Origin: a virus
Taxonomy: Duplodnaviria > Caudoviricetes
DNA length: 35,999 nucleotides
Strand: one strand, 5' to 3'
IMG/VR virus record: IMGVR_UViG_3300042905_005823
Coordinates: 1 to 35,999 of that record
In this document: in pieces, positions 1 through 10,200 of the stretch
How positions within the stretch are numbered: position 1 is the first letter of the stretch
How the letters are laid out: each line of letters begins with the position of its first letter
Notes under the pieces: generated by a model
The model's database searches: none
What the model saw: only the letters and a program-made list of their open reading frames with translations
What the model was told of the DNA's origin: nothing
Program-made: the position numbers and the translations under genes

Positions 1-225
1 TGTAACTGGTGTAGGTGTAACTGGCGTAGGTGTAACTGGTGTAGGTGTAACTGGTGTAGGTGTAACTGGTGTAGGTGTAACTGGTGTAGGTGTTACTGGT
101 GTAGGTGTTACTGGTGTAGGTGTTACTGGTGTAGGTGTTACTGGTGTAGGTGTTACTGGTGTAGGTGTTACTGGTGTAGGTGTTACTGGTGTAGGTGTAA
201 CTGGTGTAGGTGTAACTGGTGTAGG
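1..225. repeat. 15-bp coding tandem repeat (TGTWACTGGTGTAGG) x15 encoding a (PTPVT)n linker
   Basis: 15 consecutive units, no spacers. Units 7-13 carry TGTTAC, the others TGTAAC. The array reaches the window edge. Confidence 0.95.
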
Positions 226-3200
226 TGTAGGACTAGGAGTAGGTGTAGTTGGTCCAAATGTAGGTCCAATAACCGCAGGGGTAAAAGAAACATAATCGAA
301 ATTATATGATTCAAAATCATAAAAATCACTAAAATTAAAAGCTGTTTTATTTGATTCACACAAATCTATATTTTCTTGAGAAGCAGCACCATATGCTATG
401 TGTGTCTCTATTACGCCATCTCCATATGGAGAAGAAGATATTTTAAATGCGTCATATTCTTCATCTGTCCCTACAAAGCATCCACATTCACAGTTTTTGT
501 GATCAGCATATCCCCAAACATTCTTTACCACTGGAACAAATGTAGGGGTTGATGGCGTAACTGCTGGTGTCGCTACTGGAGGAGGAAAACAGACGATTCC
601 ATCGTAAATCCTCAAGTATGCTATTCTTCCACCAGCATACTCTCTTGCAACTTGTGAATCATCCAAGAAGAAATTAAGTAAATGTCCCGGATTATTGATG
701 TTATCAAGGTTTAGTTGATCTGTATTAGATACAAACTGGAAAACACCATCTAATGCTACAGTTACTTCTTTTGTGCCATCTTCAAGAACAAGGTTGCTCA
801 TTACAACAGTGTGAAAAACATTTGTTGTAAAAATTGTAACGCCATCAACAACAGGATATACTTGTAGTCTGTCATTAGGACTTACATAGAATCCTTGATC
901 TGAAATTCTATTTTGAGTGTCAATGATTCTGCGCCATCGTGCTGCTGATGTTGATGTAAATTCAAATATCATTTCAACAGAATAACTGTTATAGGTCAAA
1001 ATTCCCGTTGTGTCTAAATAAAATCCACCTTGTTCGCTTGTAGGCGGATTACCACCAAACTTATAAACTGTTTGCGGCACACCGTTTACAACAGCTGATT
1101 CAAATCCGTTTTGGCTTAATGGATCTACAGCAACTAAGCTTGGTATGCCTAATTCTTCTGCATCTAAATTGCCATTAAAAAGATATGTTGCAACAACAGT
1201 CACATCACCACAATTAGAAGGTATTGGAGATGCAACAAAACCACTACTAATACCAGCTAATGTGGTTCTTGCTTGACTTAGATTTGCGCTTGTTTGGGCA
1301 GTAGTTATGTCTGTTGCGTATGTCAGCTTATCTGTTAATGCAGTAAAATTTCCGGTAGGATTTCCACCAGCAAAATATCCTTTTGTTGAATCTCCATCAC
1401 ATCCTGCTAACCCCCATCTTGCTTGGCTAAGATTTGCACTTGTTTGAGCTGTAGTCGTGTCTGTTGCATATGCTAATTTATCTGCTGTTACAACAACTGA
1501 GCCAGAGTTTCCACCAGCAAAATAACCTTTGGTTGATCCTTCAGAAACTCCTACCAAATATTCTCTTGATTGGCTTAAGTTTGCTGTTGTTTGCGCAAAA
1601 GTTGCGTCTGTTGAATATGTTAATTTGTCTGCGGTTGCTACAGTTGAAGGAAGGGTAATATATCCGCCAGCGAAATATCCTTTTATTCCGTCACCAGAAC
1701 ATCCAGCCAAAACACGCCTTGCTTGGCTTAAATTTGCAGTTGTTTGAGCGTTACTTGTATCACTTGAATATGTTAATTTGTTTGCTGTTGTGACAACATT
1801 GCTAGCAAATCCACCAACAAAATAACCTTTAGTTGATCCTTCTGTAACACCAGCTAAACCCCATCTTGCTTGACTAAGATTTGCACTTCCTTGAGCAACA
1901 GTTGTATCCGTTAAATATGTTAATTTATCTGCTTTTGCAATATCTATTTGATTATTTCCACCAGCGAAATATCCTTTGATTGAATCTCCAGAACATCCTG
2001 CTAGTCCCCATCTTGCTTGGCTAAGATTTGCACTTGTTTGAGCAACAGTAGAATCAGTAGCAAATGTTAATTTATCTGTTGTTACGACATAAGATGCAAT
2101 AGTATCCACTCCACCAGCAAAATATCCAGCTGTAGTAGGTGGAGATGGACTTGGAGCAGTATTATTACCAACTCCAGCCAAACTACTTCTTGCTTGACTT
2201 AGATTTGCAGTAGTTTGAGCAGCAGTTGTATCAGTTGCATATATTAGTTTATCTGCTGTTGCGAGATAACTTCCAGCTGCACCAGCAAAATAACCTTTTG
2301 TAGATCCTTCAGAGATACCAGCTGGCGCACCTCCTGTTTGAGTTAAATTAGCACTTGTTTGTGCCGCAGTTGTGTCATTTGAATATGTTAATTTATCTGC
2401 TGTTGTGACACCGACTGATCCTATGCCTCCACCAGCAAAATAACCTTTTGTTCCTTCACCAGAACATCCAGCCATACTATATCTTGCTTGACTTAGATTA
2501 GCAGATGTTTGAGCAGCAGTTGTATCTGTTGAATATAATAATTTGTCTGCCGTTGCGACATCAATTAAGCCCGATGTGTAACCACCAGCAAAATAACCTT
2601 TTGTTGAATCACCAGAACATCCAGCTACAAAATCTCTTGCTTGACTTAAATTTGCAGTAGTTTGAGCAACAGTTGTATCAGTTGAATATGTTAATTTGTA
2701 TGCTGTTGCAAGAAAACCACCGTCCCAGCCTCCACCAGCAAAATAACCTTTTATTGAGCCTTCAGAAATACCAGCCAAATTAGATGTTTCTACACTTAAA
2801 TTTGCAGTAGTTTGAGCAGCAGTTGTATCATTAGAATATGTCAATTTATCTGCTGTTACATTATATGTGTTATCACTAAATCCACCAGCGAAATATCCTT
2901 TAGTTGAACCTTCAGAACATCCAGCCAATCCAGCTCTTGCTTGACTTAGATTTGCGGTAGTTTTTGCAACAGTTGTATCTGTAGAATATGTTAATTTGTC
3001 CGCTGTTGCTAGTACCCCACCATTTGTTCCACCTGCAAAATAACCAGCTGTAGCAGTAGGTGTAGGGCTAGGTGTAGGACTAGGTGTAGGACTAGGTGTA
3101 GTTGGTGTAGTTGGTGTAGTTGGTGTAGTTGGTGTAGTTGGTGTAGTTGGTGTAGTTGGTGTGGTTGGTGTAGTTGGTGTAGGACTAGGTGTACCACCGC

Positions 3201-4224
3201 TAACACCAGATAGAGCATTTCTTCCTTGACTTAGATTTGCGCTTGTTTGAGCAGCAGTTGTATCTGTTGCATATATTAATTTATCTGCTGTTGCAACCTG
3301 ACCTACACCTCCCTGACCACCAGCAAAATAACCCTTTGTTAATCCTTCAGAAGATCCAGCCAGAAGATATCTTGCTTGGCTTAAAATTGCACTTGTTTGA
3401 GAAACCGTTGTATCATTAGAATATGTTAATTTATCTGCTAAATTAGAACTAACAAAATATCCTTTTGTTGAATCTCCATCACATCCTGCTAGTCCCCATC
3501 TTGCTTGGCTAAGATTTGCAGTTGTTTGAGCTGTAGTCGTATCTGTTGCATATGCTAATTTATCTGCTGTTGCAACAACATTGGAACCGGAAGTATCTCC
3601 ACCAGCAAAATAACCTTTTGTTCCTTCTCCAGAACAGCCAGCTAAACCATATCTTGCTTGGCTTAGATTTGCGCTTGTTTGTGCAGCAGTAGAATCAGTT
3701 GCATATGTTAATTTATCTGCTGTGGCGACAACATTAAAACCGGAAGTAGTTCCACCAGCAAAATAACCTTTTGTTAATCCTTCTGAAACACCTGCTAAAC
3801 CACTTCTTGCTTGAGTTAGATCCGCACTTGTTTGAGCGGTTGTTATATCTGTTGAATATGTCAATTTATCTGCGGTTGCGACAATGCTAAATCCAGCAGT
3901 ATTTCCTCCAGCAAAATAACCTTTTGTTCCTTCTCCAGAACAGCCAGCAAATACAGATTTTGCTTGAGTTAAATTTGCGCTTGTTTGAGCAGCAGTTGTA
4001 TCTGTCGAATATGTTAGTTTGTCTGTTGTTACCAAATAACCACTGTTATTAATTCCACCAGCAAAATAACCAGCTTCAAATCCTTGTGGATCTAATGATA
4101 AAACTGAAAACGAATATTCTTCATAGTTATTTAACTGCATATTTTCAATAAATATTGGTGTAGATTCAGGAACATTAGCACCTGAATCTATTTTGTCACT
4201 TTGTTGATCGTTATTATTATTCAT
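1..4224 (-). CDS. Giant Kelch-like multi-propeller fibre/adhesin protein, 3'-truncated (>1408 aa)
   Basis: Not in the ORF track because it has no stop in the window. ATG at 4224 gives [15 protein letters not shown]..., and the frame was open in every segment I translated down to base 1. Contains 18 GYFAGG...[23 protein letters not shown] blades (three six-bladed propellers), Pro/Thr linkers, a LamG/concanavalin-like domain (about 589-1212), a Cys-rich domain (about 355-520) and PTPVT repeats. Paralog of 4240-10980. Confidence 0.9.
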   Translation of the reverse strand, partial: MNNNNDQQSDKIDSGANVPESTPIFIENMQLNNYEEYSFSVLSLDPQGFEAGYFAGGINNSGYLVTTDKLTYSTDTTAAQTSANLTQAKSVFAGCSGEGTKGYFAGGNTAGFSIVATADKLTYSTDITTAQTSADLTQARSGLAGVSEGLTKGYFAGGTTSGFNVVATADKLTYATDSTAAQTSANLSQARYGLAGCSGEGTKGYFAGGDTSGSNVVATADKLAYATDTTTAQTTANLSQARWGLAGCDGDSTKGYFVSSNLADKLTYSNDTTVSQTSAILSQARYLLAGSSEGLTKGYFAGGQGGVGQVATADKLIYATDTTAAQTSANLSQGRNALSGVSGGTPSPTPTTPTTPTTPTTPTTPTTPTTPTTPTTPSPTPSPTPSPTPTATAGYFAGGTNGGVLATADKLTYSTDTTVAKTTANLSQARAGLAGCSEGSTKGYFAGGFSDNTYNVTADKLTYSNDTTAAQTTANLSVETSNLAGISEGSIKGYFAGGGWDGGFLATAYKLTYSTDTTVAQTTANLSQARDFVAGCSGDSTKGYFAGGYTSGLIDVATADKLLYSTDTTAAQTSANLSQARYSMAGCSGEGTKGYFAGGGIGSVGVTTADKLTYSNDTTAAQTSANLTQTGGAPAGISEGSTKGYFAGAAGSYLATADKLIYATDTTAAQTTANLSQARSSLAGVGNNTAPSPSPPTTAGYFAGGVDTIASYVVTTDKLTFATDSTVAQTSANLSQARWGLAGCSGDSIKGYFAGGNNQIDIAKADKLTYLTDTTVAQGSANLSQARWGLAGVTEGSTKGYFVGGFASNVVTTANKLTYSSDTSNAQTTANLSQARRVLAGCSGDGIKGYFAGGYITLPSTVATADKLTYSTDATFAQTTANLSQSREYLVGVSEGSTKGYFAGGNSGSVVVTADKLAYATDTTTAQTSANLSQARWGLAGCDGDSTKGYFAGGNPTGNFTALTDKLTYATDITTAQTSANLSQARTTLAGISSGFVASPIPSNCGDVTVVATYLFNGNLDAEELGIPSLVAVDPLSQNGFESAVVNGVPQTVYKFGGNPPTSEQGGFYLDTTGILTYNSYSVEMIFEFTSTSAARWRRIIDTQNRISDQGFYVSPNDRLQVYPVVDGVTIFTTNVFHTVVMSNLVLEDGTKEVTVALDGVFQFVSNTDQLNLDNINNPGHLLNFFLDDSQVAREYAGGRIAYLRIYDGIVCFPPPVATPAVTPSTPTFVPVVKNVWGYADHKNCECGCFVGTDEEYDAFKISSSPYGDGVIETHIAYGAASQENIDLCESNKTAFNFSDFYDFESYNFDYVSFTPAVIGPTFGPTTPTPSPTPTPVTPTPVTPTPVTPTPVTPTPVTPTPVTPTPVTPTPVTPTPVTPTPVTPTPVTPTPVTPTPVTPTPVTPTPVT
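3055..3192. repeat. Pro/Thr/Ser linker repeat (9-bp TGTAGTTGG and 6-bp units)
   Basis: About nine TGTAGTTGG units plus TGTAGG/ACTAGG units encoding (PTT)n and (PS/PT)n between two propellers. Confidence 0.9.
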
Positions 4225-4239
4225 TTAAAATTCCCAAAT

Positions 4240-7200
4240 TTAGCTTGAAGGTCTAGCTGTTATTACGCCCCATTGGTATCTAGCAGAGAGAGTCATAGAA
4301 CTCCAAGTAATTCCATCATAAGATACTGCTCCAATCAGAGGATTAGTTGTTGTAGGACCATACTTAGGAACAGCAACAAACTTACCCTTAAAGTAAGTAA
4401 TTGTAGTCCACAAAGCTACAGATGGTAAATTACCGCCTAAATTCCAAGTTTCTCCGTTATCATCTGAATATATTGTCGTGTTGGAAACTGATTCATTAAT
4501 AGCAACAAATTTACCTTCTCCAAAGGTTGAATTCCACTGTCCAGTTGCTGGTATAGTTTTTTCCGTCCAATCTAAACCATTTGTAGATATTGCACATTTA
4601 TTTGTCCCATATCCAAATGCTATGAAATATCCATTTCCATAAGATATAGATGTGTAAGTTATGGATGATGGTAAATTTCCTTCATCCCATGTTTCTCCAT
4701 CAAAACTCATAACAGATTTAGGTCCGTTGTTAGAAATTCCAACATATCTTCCATTACCATAAGCAGCATCAACTGTAATAAATGGTGCAGTTGTTATTGT
4801 GCCAGTTGTCCAATTTTCCAAATCTGTTGATTTTCTATAATTCTCTCCATTAAATATTATAAATTCTCCATCATTATGCACAATTGCATCAGATTTGTCA
4901 TAAGAAGTCAAACTAAGAGGATTAACAGTCCAATTTACGAAATCACCTGAATAACCAACATTAGTTCTTCCAGCAATAACAAAAGCATCAAGACCATAAG
5001 TTGAAACTGGTTCTGCAATTTCTGGTGTATCAGGCACATTTTCCCAAGCAATACCATCGTAAGATATCATGGCTTTGCCTTCATTACCAGAGATACCCAT
5101 TACTGCAACTATATCCGGGCTAGCTGTTGGCGTTTGTGATGGAGTTGGGTTAATGTTTTGATTGCAATCATCAATATTTTCTTGTGTTGCTTCACCATAA
5201 AATCTAAATGTTTGAATAACACCATTACCATATGGTGTTACATCTTCTCTGTAAGTGTCATAATCTTCTTGCGTACCAACAAAACAATCACAGAAACATT
5301 CTTTGTGATTTATAAACGCCCATACATAACGATCTGCTGTCGGCGTTGCTGTTGGCGATGCTGTTGGCGATGCTGTTGGCGATGGTATTGGTGATGGCGT
5401 AGTTGGCGTAGTTGGCGTTGGAGTAGGACTTGGAACAGCATTATTGCTAACTCCCGCCAAGCCACTTCTTGTTTGACTTAAATTTGCGCTTGTTTGTGCT
5501 GCTGTGATATCGGTTGCAAACGTAATTTTGTCTGTTGTCGGTTGAAGAATAGATCCACCAGCAAAATAACCATTATTTGAACCTTCAGAAACACCAGCTA
5601 AACTAGATCTTGCTTCACTTAGATTTGCGCTTGTTTGAGCAGTAGTTGTGTCAGTTGAATATATTAATTTGTATGCTGTTGCAACTGATGTGATAACAAT
5701 TCCGCCAGCAAAATAACCTTTTGTTGAATTTCCATTACATCCTGCTAACTCATATGTTGCTTGACTAAGGTTTGCGCTTGTTTGAGCAGCGGTAGAATCA
5801 GTTGCAAATATCAGTTTATCTGTTGTTCCTACAAGATCTGAAGAAAATCCACCTGCAAAATATCCTTTGGTTAGTCTTTCAGAAATACCAGCCAAACCTA
5901 ATCTTGCTTGACTTAGATTTGCTGTTGTTTGAGCAGTAGTTATGTCTGTTGAATATGTCAGTTTGTCTGTTGTTGCGGAATAAGTAAAAAAAGTACTAGT
6001 GCTTCCACCAGCAAAATAACCTTTGGTTCCATTACCTGAACATCCTGCTAAATAACTTCTCGCTTGACTTAAATTTGCACTTGCTTGAGTGATAGTCGTC
6101 TCTGTTGAATATGACAACTTGTTTGCTGTGGCAACAACTGAGCCAGAATCCCCACCAGCAAAATAACCTTTGATTGAATTTCCAGAAACTCCTGCTAAAT
6201 AACCTTTGGCTTGAGTTAAATTAGCACTTGTTTGAGCAATGGTTATATCTGTGGAATATGTCAGCTTATCTGTTGTTACCAAATATGAACCATTGTCTCC
6301 ACCAGCAAAATAACCAGCCGTAGCAGTTGGCGCAGTTGGCGTAGTTGGTGTAGTTGGCGTAGTTGGCGTAGTTGGTGTAGTTGGTGTAGGAGTAGGGGTA
6401 GGCGTAGGCGTAGGCGTAGGTGTAGGCGTAGGCGTAGGCGTAGGTGTAGGTGTAGGTGTAGGTGTAGGAGCAGCACCACCACTAACGCCAGCTAAACCAC
6501 TTCTTGCTTGACTTAGATTAGCACTTGTTTGAGCAACAGTTGTATCAGTTGAATATGACAACTTATCTGCTGTTGCTAATACAGCAGCACTAAATCCTCC
6601 AGCGAAATAACCTTTAGTTCCATTGCCTGAACATCCAGCTAAATTATATCTTGCTTGACTTAGATTGGCACTTGCTTGAGCAACAGTTGCATCTGTCGAA
6701 TATGTCAATTTATCTGCTGTTGTCACAATCGCCGAAATATTAATTCCACCAGCAAAATAACCTTTTGTCGATCCTTCAGAAATACCAGTTAAACTATATC
6801 TTGCTTGACTTAGATTAGCACTTGTTTGAGCAGCAGTTATATCTGTAGAATACGTTAATATGTCTGCTGTTGCTAGTACAGCACCAGTGTATCCACCAAC
6901 AAAATATCCTTTTGTTGATCCTTCCGAAACACTGGCTAAAGTACTTCTTGCTTGGCTTAGATTTGCCGTTGTTTGAGCTGTAGTTGTGTCTGTTGCATAT
7001 GTTAGTTTGTCTGTTGTTAGTAAATAACCACTGTTATTAATTCCACCAGCAAAATAACCTTTTGTTCCTTCTCCAGAACATCCTGCCAAACCGTTTCTTG
7101 CTTGGCTAAGGTTTGCGCTTGTTTGCGCCGCAGTTGTGTCTGTTGAGTATATCAGCTTATCTGCTGTTGAAAAATAAGAAATACCAGCAGATCCACCAGC

Positions 7201-10200
7201 AAAATAACCCTTAGTTGAACCTTCAGAAACACCAGCTAAAACGCCTCTTGCTTGAGTTAAATTAGCACTTGTTTGTGCCGCAGTTGTATCATTAGAATAT
7301 GTTAATTTATCTGCTGTCACAACATTTGCTGAATTATTAGCGCCACCAGCAAAATAACCAGCTATAGCAGGATTTGGAGTAGGACTAAATGTTAAACATC
7401 CATATTCCAAATCAGACCAATATTCAGAATTAGGAAGTGCTTGTTGATACCAAGTAATTCCATCTACAGAAACAATTGCTGTATCTGAATCTCTTGCAAT
7501 TGCAATAAACCTGTCAACTGCGAACTTAACAGCAATCCAATCTTTATTTCCTGCTAATGCAACAGGAGTCCACGATACGCCATTTGTTGAGTAAAAAGCC
7601 TTAGAGTCAATAGATAGTCCTTTACGATCCAATGCAACAAATACGCCATTTCCGAAAGCAATGCATTGCATTCCATTGTTAACATTGCCAGTTGGAGTAA
7701 CATCCCAGTTTACTCCATCTGTTGACCACATTGAATATCCAACTGGTCCAGTACCACTTAATGCTACATAAGTACCATTACCGTAAGCAGTTCCGTAATA
7801 TATAGGTCCAAATACATTGTATTGATCCCAGTTTATTCCATCTGGTGATGTAGCAATTACATCACCACCTAAAGCAATAAATAAATCATTTACATAAGAA
7901 ACTGACTGCCAATCTGACGAAGACGGCATATTGTTTTGTGTCCAATTTATGCCATCAGGAGAAATTGCATAAATATCTGTGGAAATGGCAACAGCAACAA
8001 ATTTACCGTTGCCATAAGCAATAGAAAACCAATTTAATTCTGCTGGCAAATCATTGACTTCCCAATTTATGCCATCGCTACCATATATTGATTTATCAGA
8101 ACCAGCTGCTACAGCAACAAACTTATCATCTCCATGAGTTATAGATATCCAAGTATAAGATCCTGAAAGAGCGCCGTCACGCCATGTGAAACCATCTGCA
8201 CTTAATCCAATTTGATCTCCAAACGATATTGCTAAAAAGGCACATGAAGGATCAACAGGAGGAAATATTGGAGGAACAGGAGTTACTGGTGTAACGGGTG
8301 TAACAGGAGCTAAACATCCATGTTCTATGTCAGACCAATTTTCAGAATTTGGAAGAACCTCATCTGTCCAAGTAATTCCATCAATAGAAACAATTGCTGC
8401 ATCTGAATCTTTCGCAATCCCAACAAATCTGCTGTTGGCAAATTTAACGCTAATCCAGTCTTTATTTCCTGTTAAAGCAACACCAGTCCACGATACGCCA
8501 TCTGTTGAGTAAAAAGCCTTAGAGTCAATAGATAGTCCTTTACGATCTAATGCAACAAATACGCCTTTTCCAAAAGCAATACATTGAACTCCATTATCAC
8601 TACCACTAATTAAAGTCCCACTCCAATTTATTCCATCTTCTGATGTAATTGCATATCCATTGGAGTTTCCGCTTAATGCAACGTAAGTTCCATTGCCGTA
8701 AGCAGTTCCATAATAAGCTACTTCACTTCCGCCTGTCAAATTATATTCATTCCAGCTTATTCCATCTGCTGATGTAGCGATTACATCGCCACCCAAAGCG
8801 ACAAACAAGTTATTGATGTAGGAAACTGATTGCCAATATGCTGAAGATGATATGCTGCGTTGAGTCCAATTTATCGCATCAGGAGAAGTAGCATAAATAT
8901 CTGTGTTGTAAGCAATAGCGACAAACTTACTATTGCCATAAGCGATAGAATACCAATTTAAACTTGCTGGTAAATCATTAATATACCAATTGACACCATC
9001 AGCACTGTAAATTGATTTATTGGAACCAACTGCTACAGCAACAAACTTATCGTCTCCATAAGTCAAAGATATCCAATCATAAGATCCTGAAACAGTTTCA
9101 TCAGTCCATGTAGAACCATCTGTGCTTATTGCTATTTGATTTCCATAAGATATTGCTAAAAAATCACATGAAGGTGGATTTGTTACGCAACCATATGTAA
9201 TAGCATTCCAATTAGAACTGACAGGAAGCGTGTGTTCACTCCAAATTAAGCCATCATATGACACAGCAATAGTGTCACCACTTGCAACAAAAGCTACAAA
9301 CTTGTTATCGCTAAATATAACTTTATGCCAAGAACTATTGGATGGCATGTCTCCTTCTGTCCATGTGGTTCCGTTTGTTGAATGAACAAATTTAGGTCCA
9401 CTTCCCACAATGATAAATTTATTATTTCCAAATGCTATGTCTTTTGTACCGCTTTGGAAATAAGATGATGAAATTGATGAATAATTCCAAACTGTTCCAT
9501 TGGTTGATGAAACACTTTTAGATGATGCTGAAGAAGCATATCCATCTATTGTGACGTATTTCCCATTACCATAAACAGTGTTTTGCCCAAATGGTAGTAA
9601 ACCTCTGCCACCAATAGAAACTTCTGTCCAAGATGTTGCATCTTCTGATATTGCAACTTTATCCATTGACAATGCAATAAATTTATTATTTACATAAGAA
9701 ATTGAAAACCAAGTAGAGCTTGACGGCATTGTCCGTAAAGTCCAAGTTTCTCCATCATTTGAAGTGAAATAATCATCTGTTCCATAGGAAATTGCTAAAT
9801 AATTACCAAATGAGCCATAAACGACTTTAAGTAATCCTGATATTGTGGGATCGTTACTATCAATCCAACTTGTACCATTAAAACTATAAATTGCCTTAGA
9901 ACCACCAACAGCGACATACTTGTTATTGCCGAAAGTAACTCCAAACATTGATTGTGGAGCAATTTCTGTTGTACCATCTGCCCATGTAACACCATCTTGA
10001 GAAGCAACAGACACATAGTCGCCAATTGCAACAAAATTACAATCAAGTGCTGGTGGTGATGTTATGCATCCATAAACAATGTCTTTATATCCAAAGTCAT
10101 TAGGAAGAGTGTTTTCTGTCCAGTTTATTCCGTCTGAAGATAAAGATATGGTATCATTTGATAGTATTGTGAATGTGTTATCACCAAAAACGATTCTATT

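Noticed and set aside
1-225. CRISPR-like regular repeats
   Set aside because: Units abut with no unique spacers and encode an in-frame Pro/Thr/Val linker; no cas genes are present.
1245-7365. Diversity-generating retroelement acting on the Kelch loops
   Set aside because: No reverse transcriptase or non-coding template repeat in the window. Blade differences include indels and are not visibly adenine-specific. A distant DGR cannot be fully excluded.
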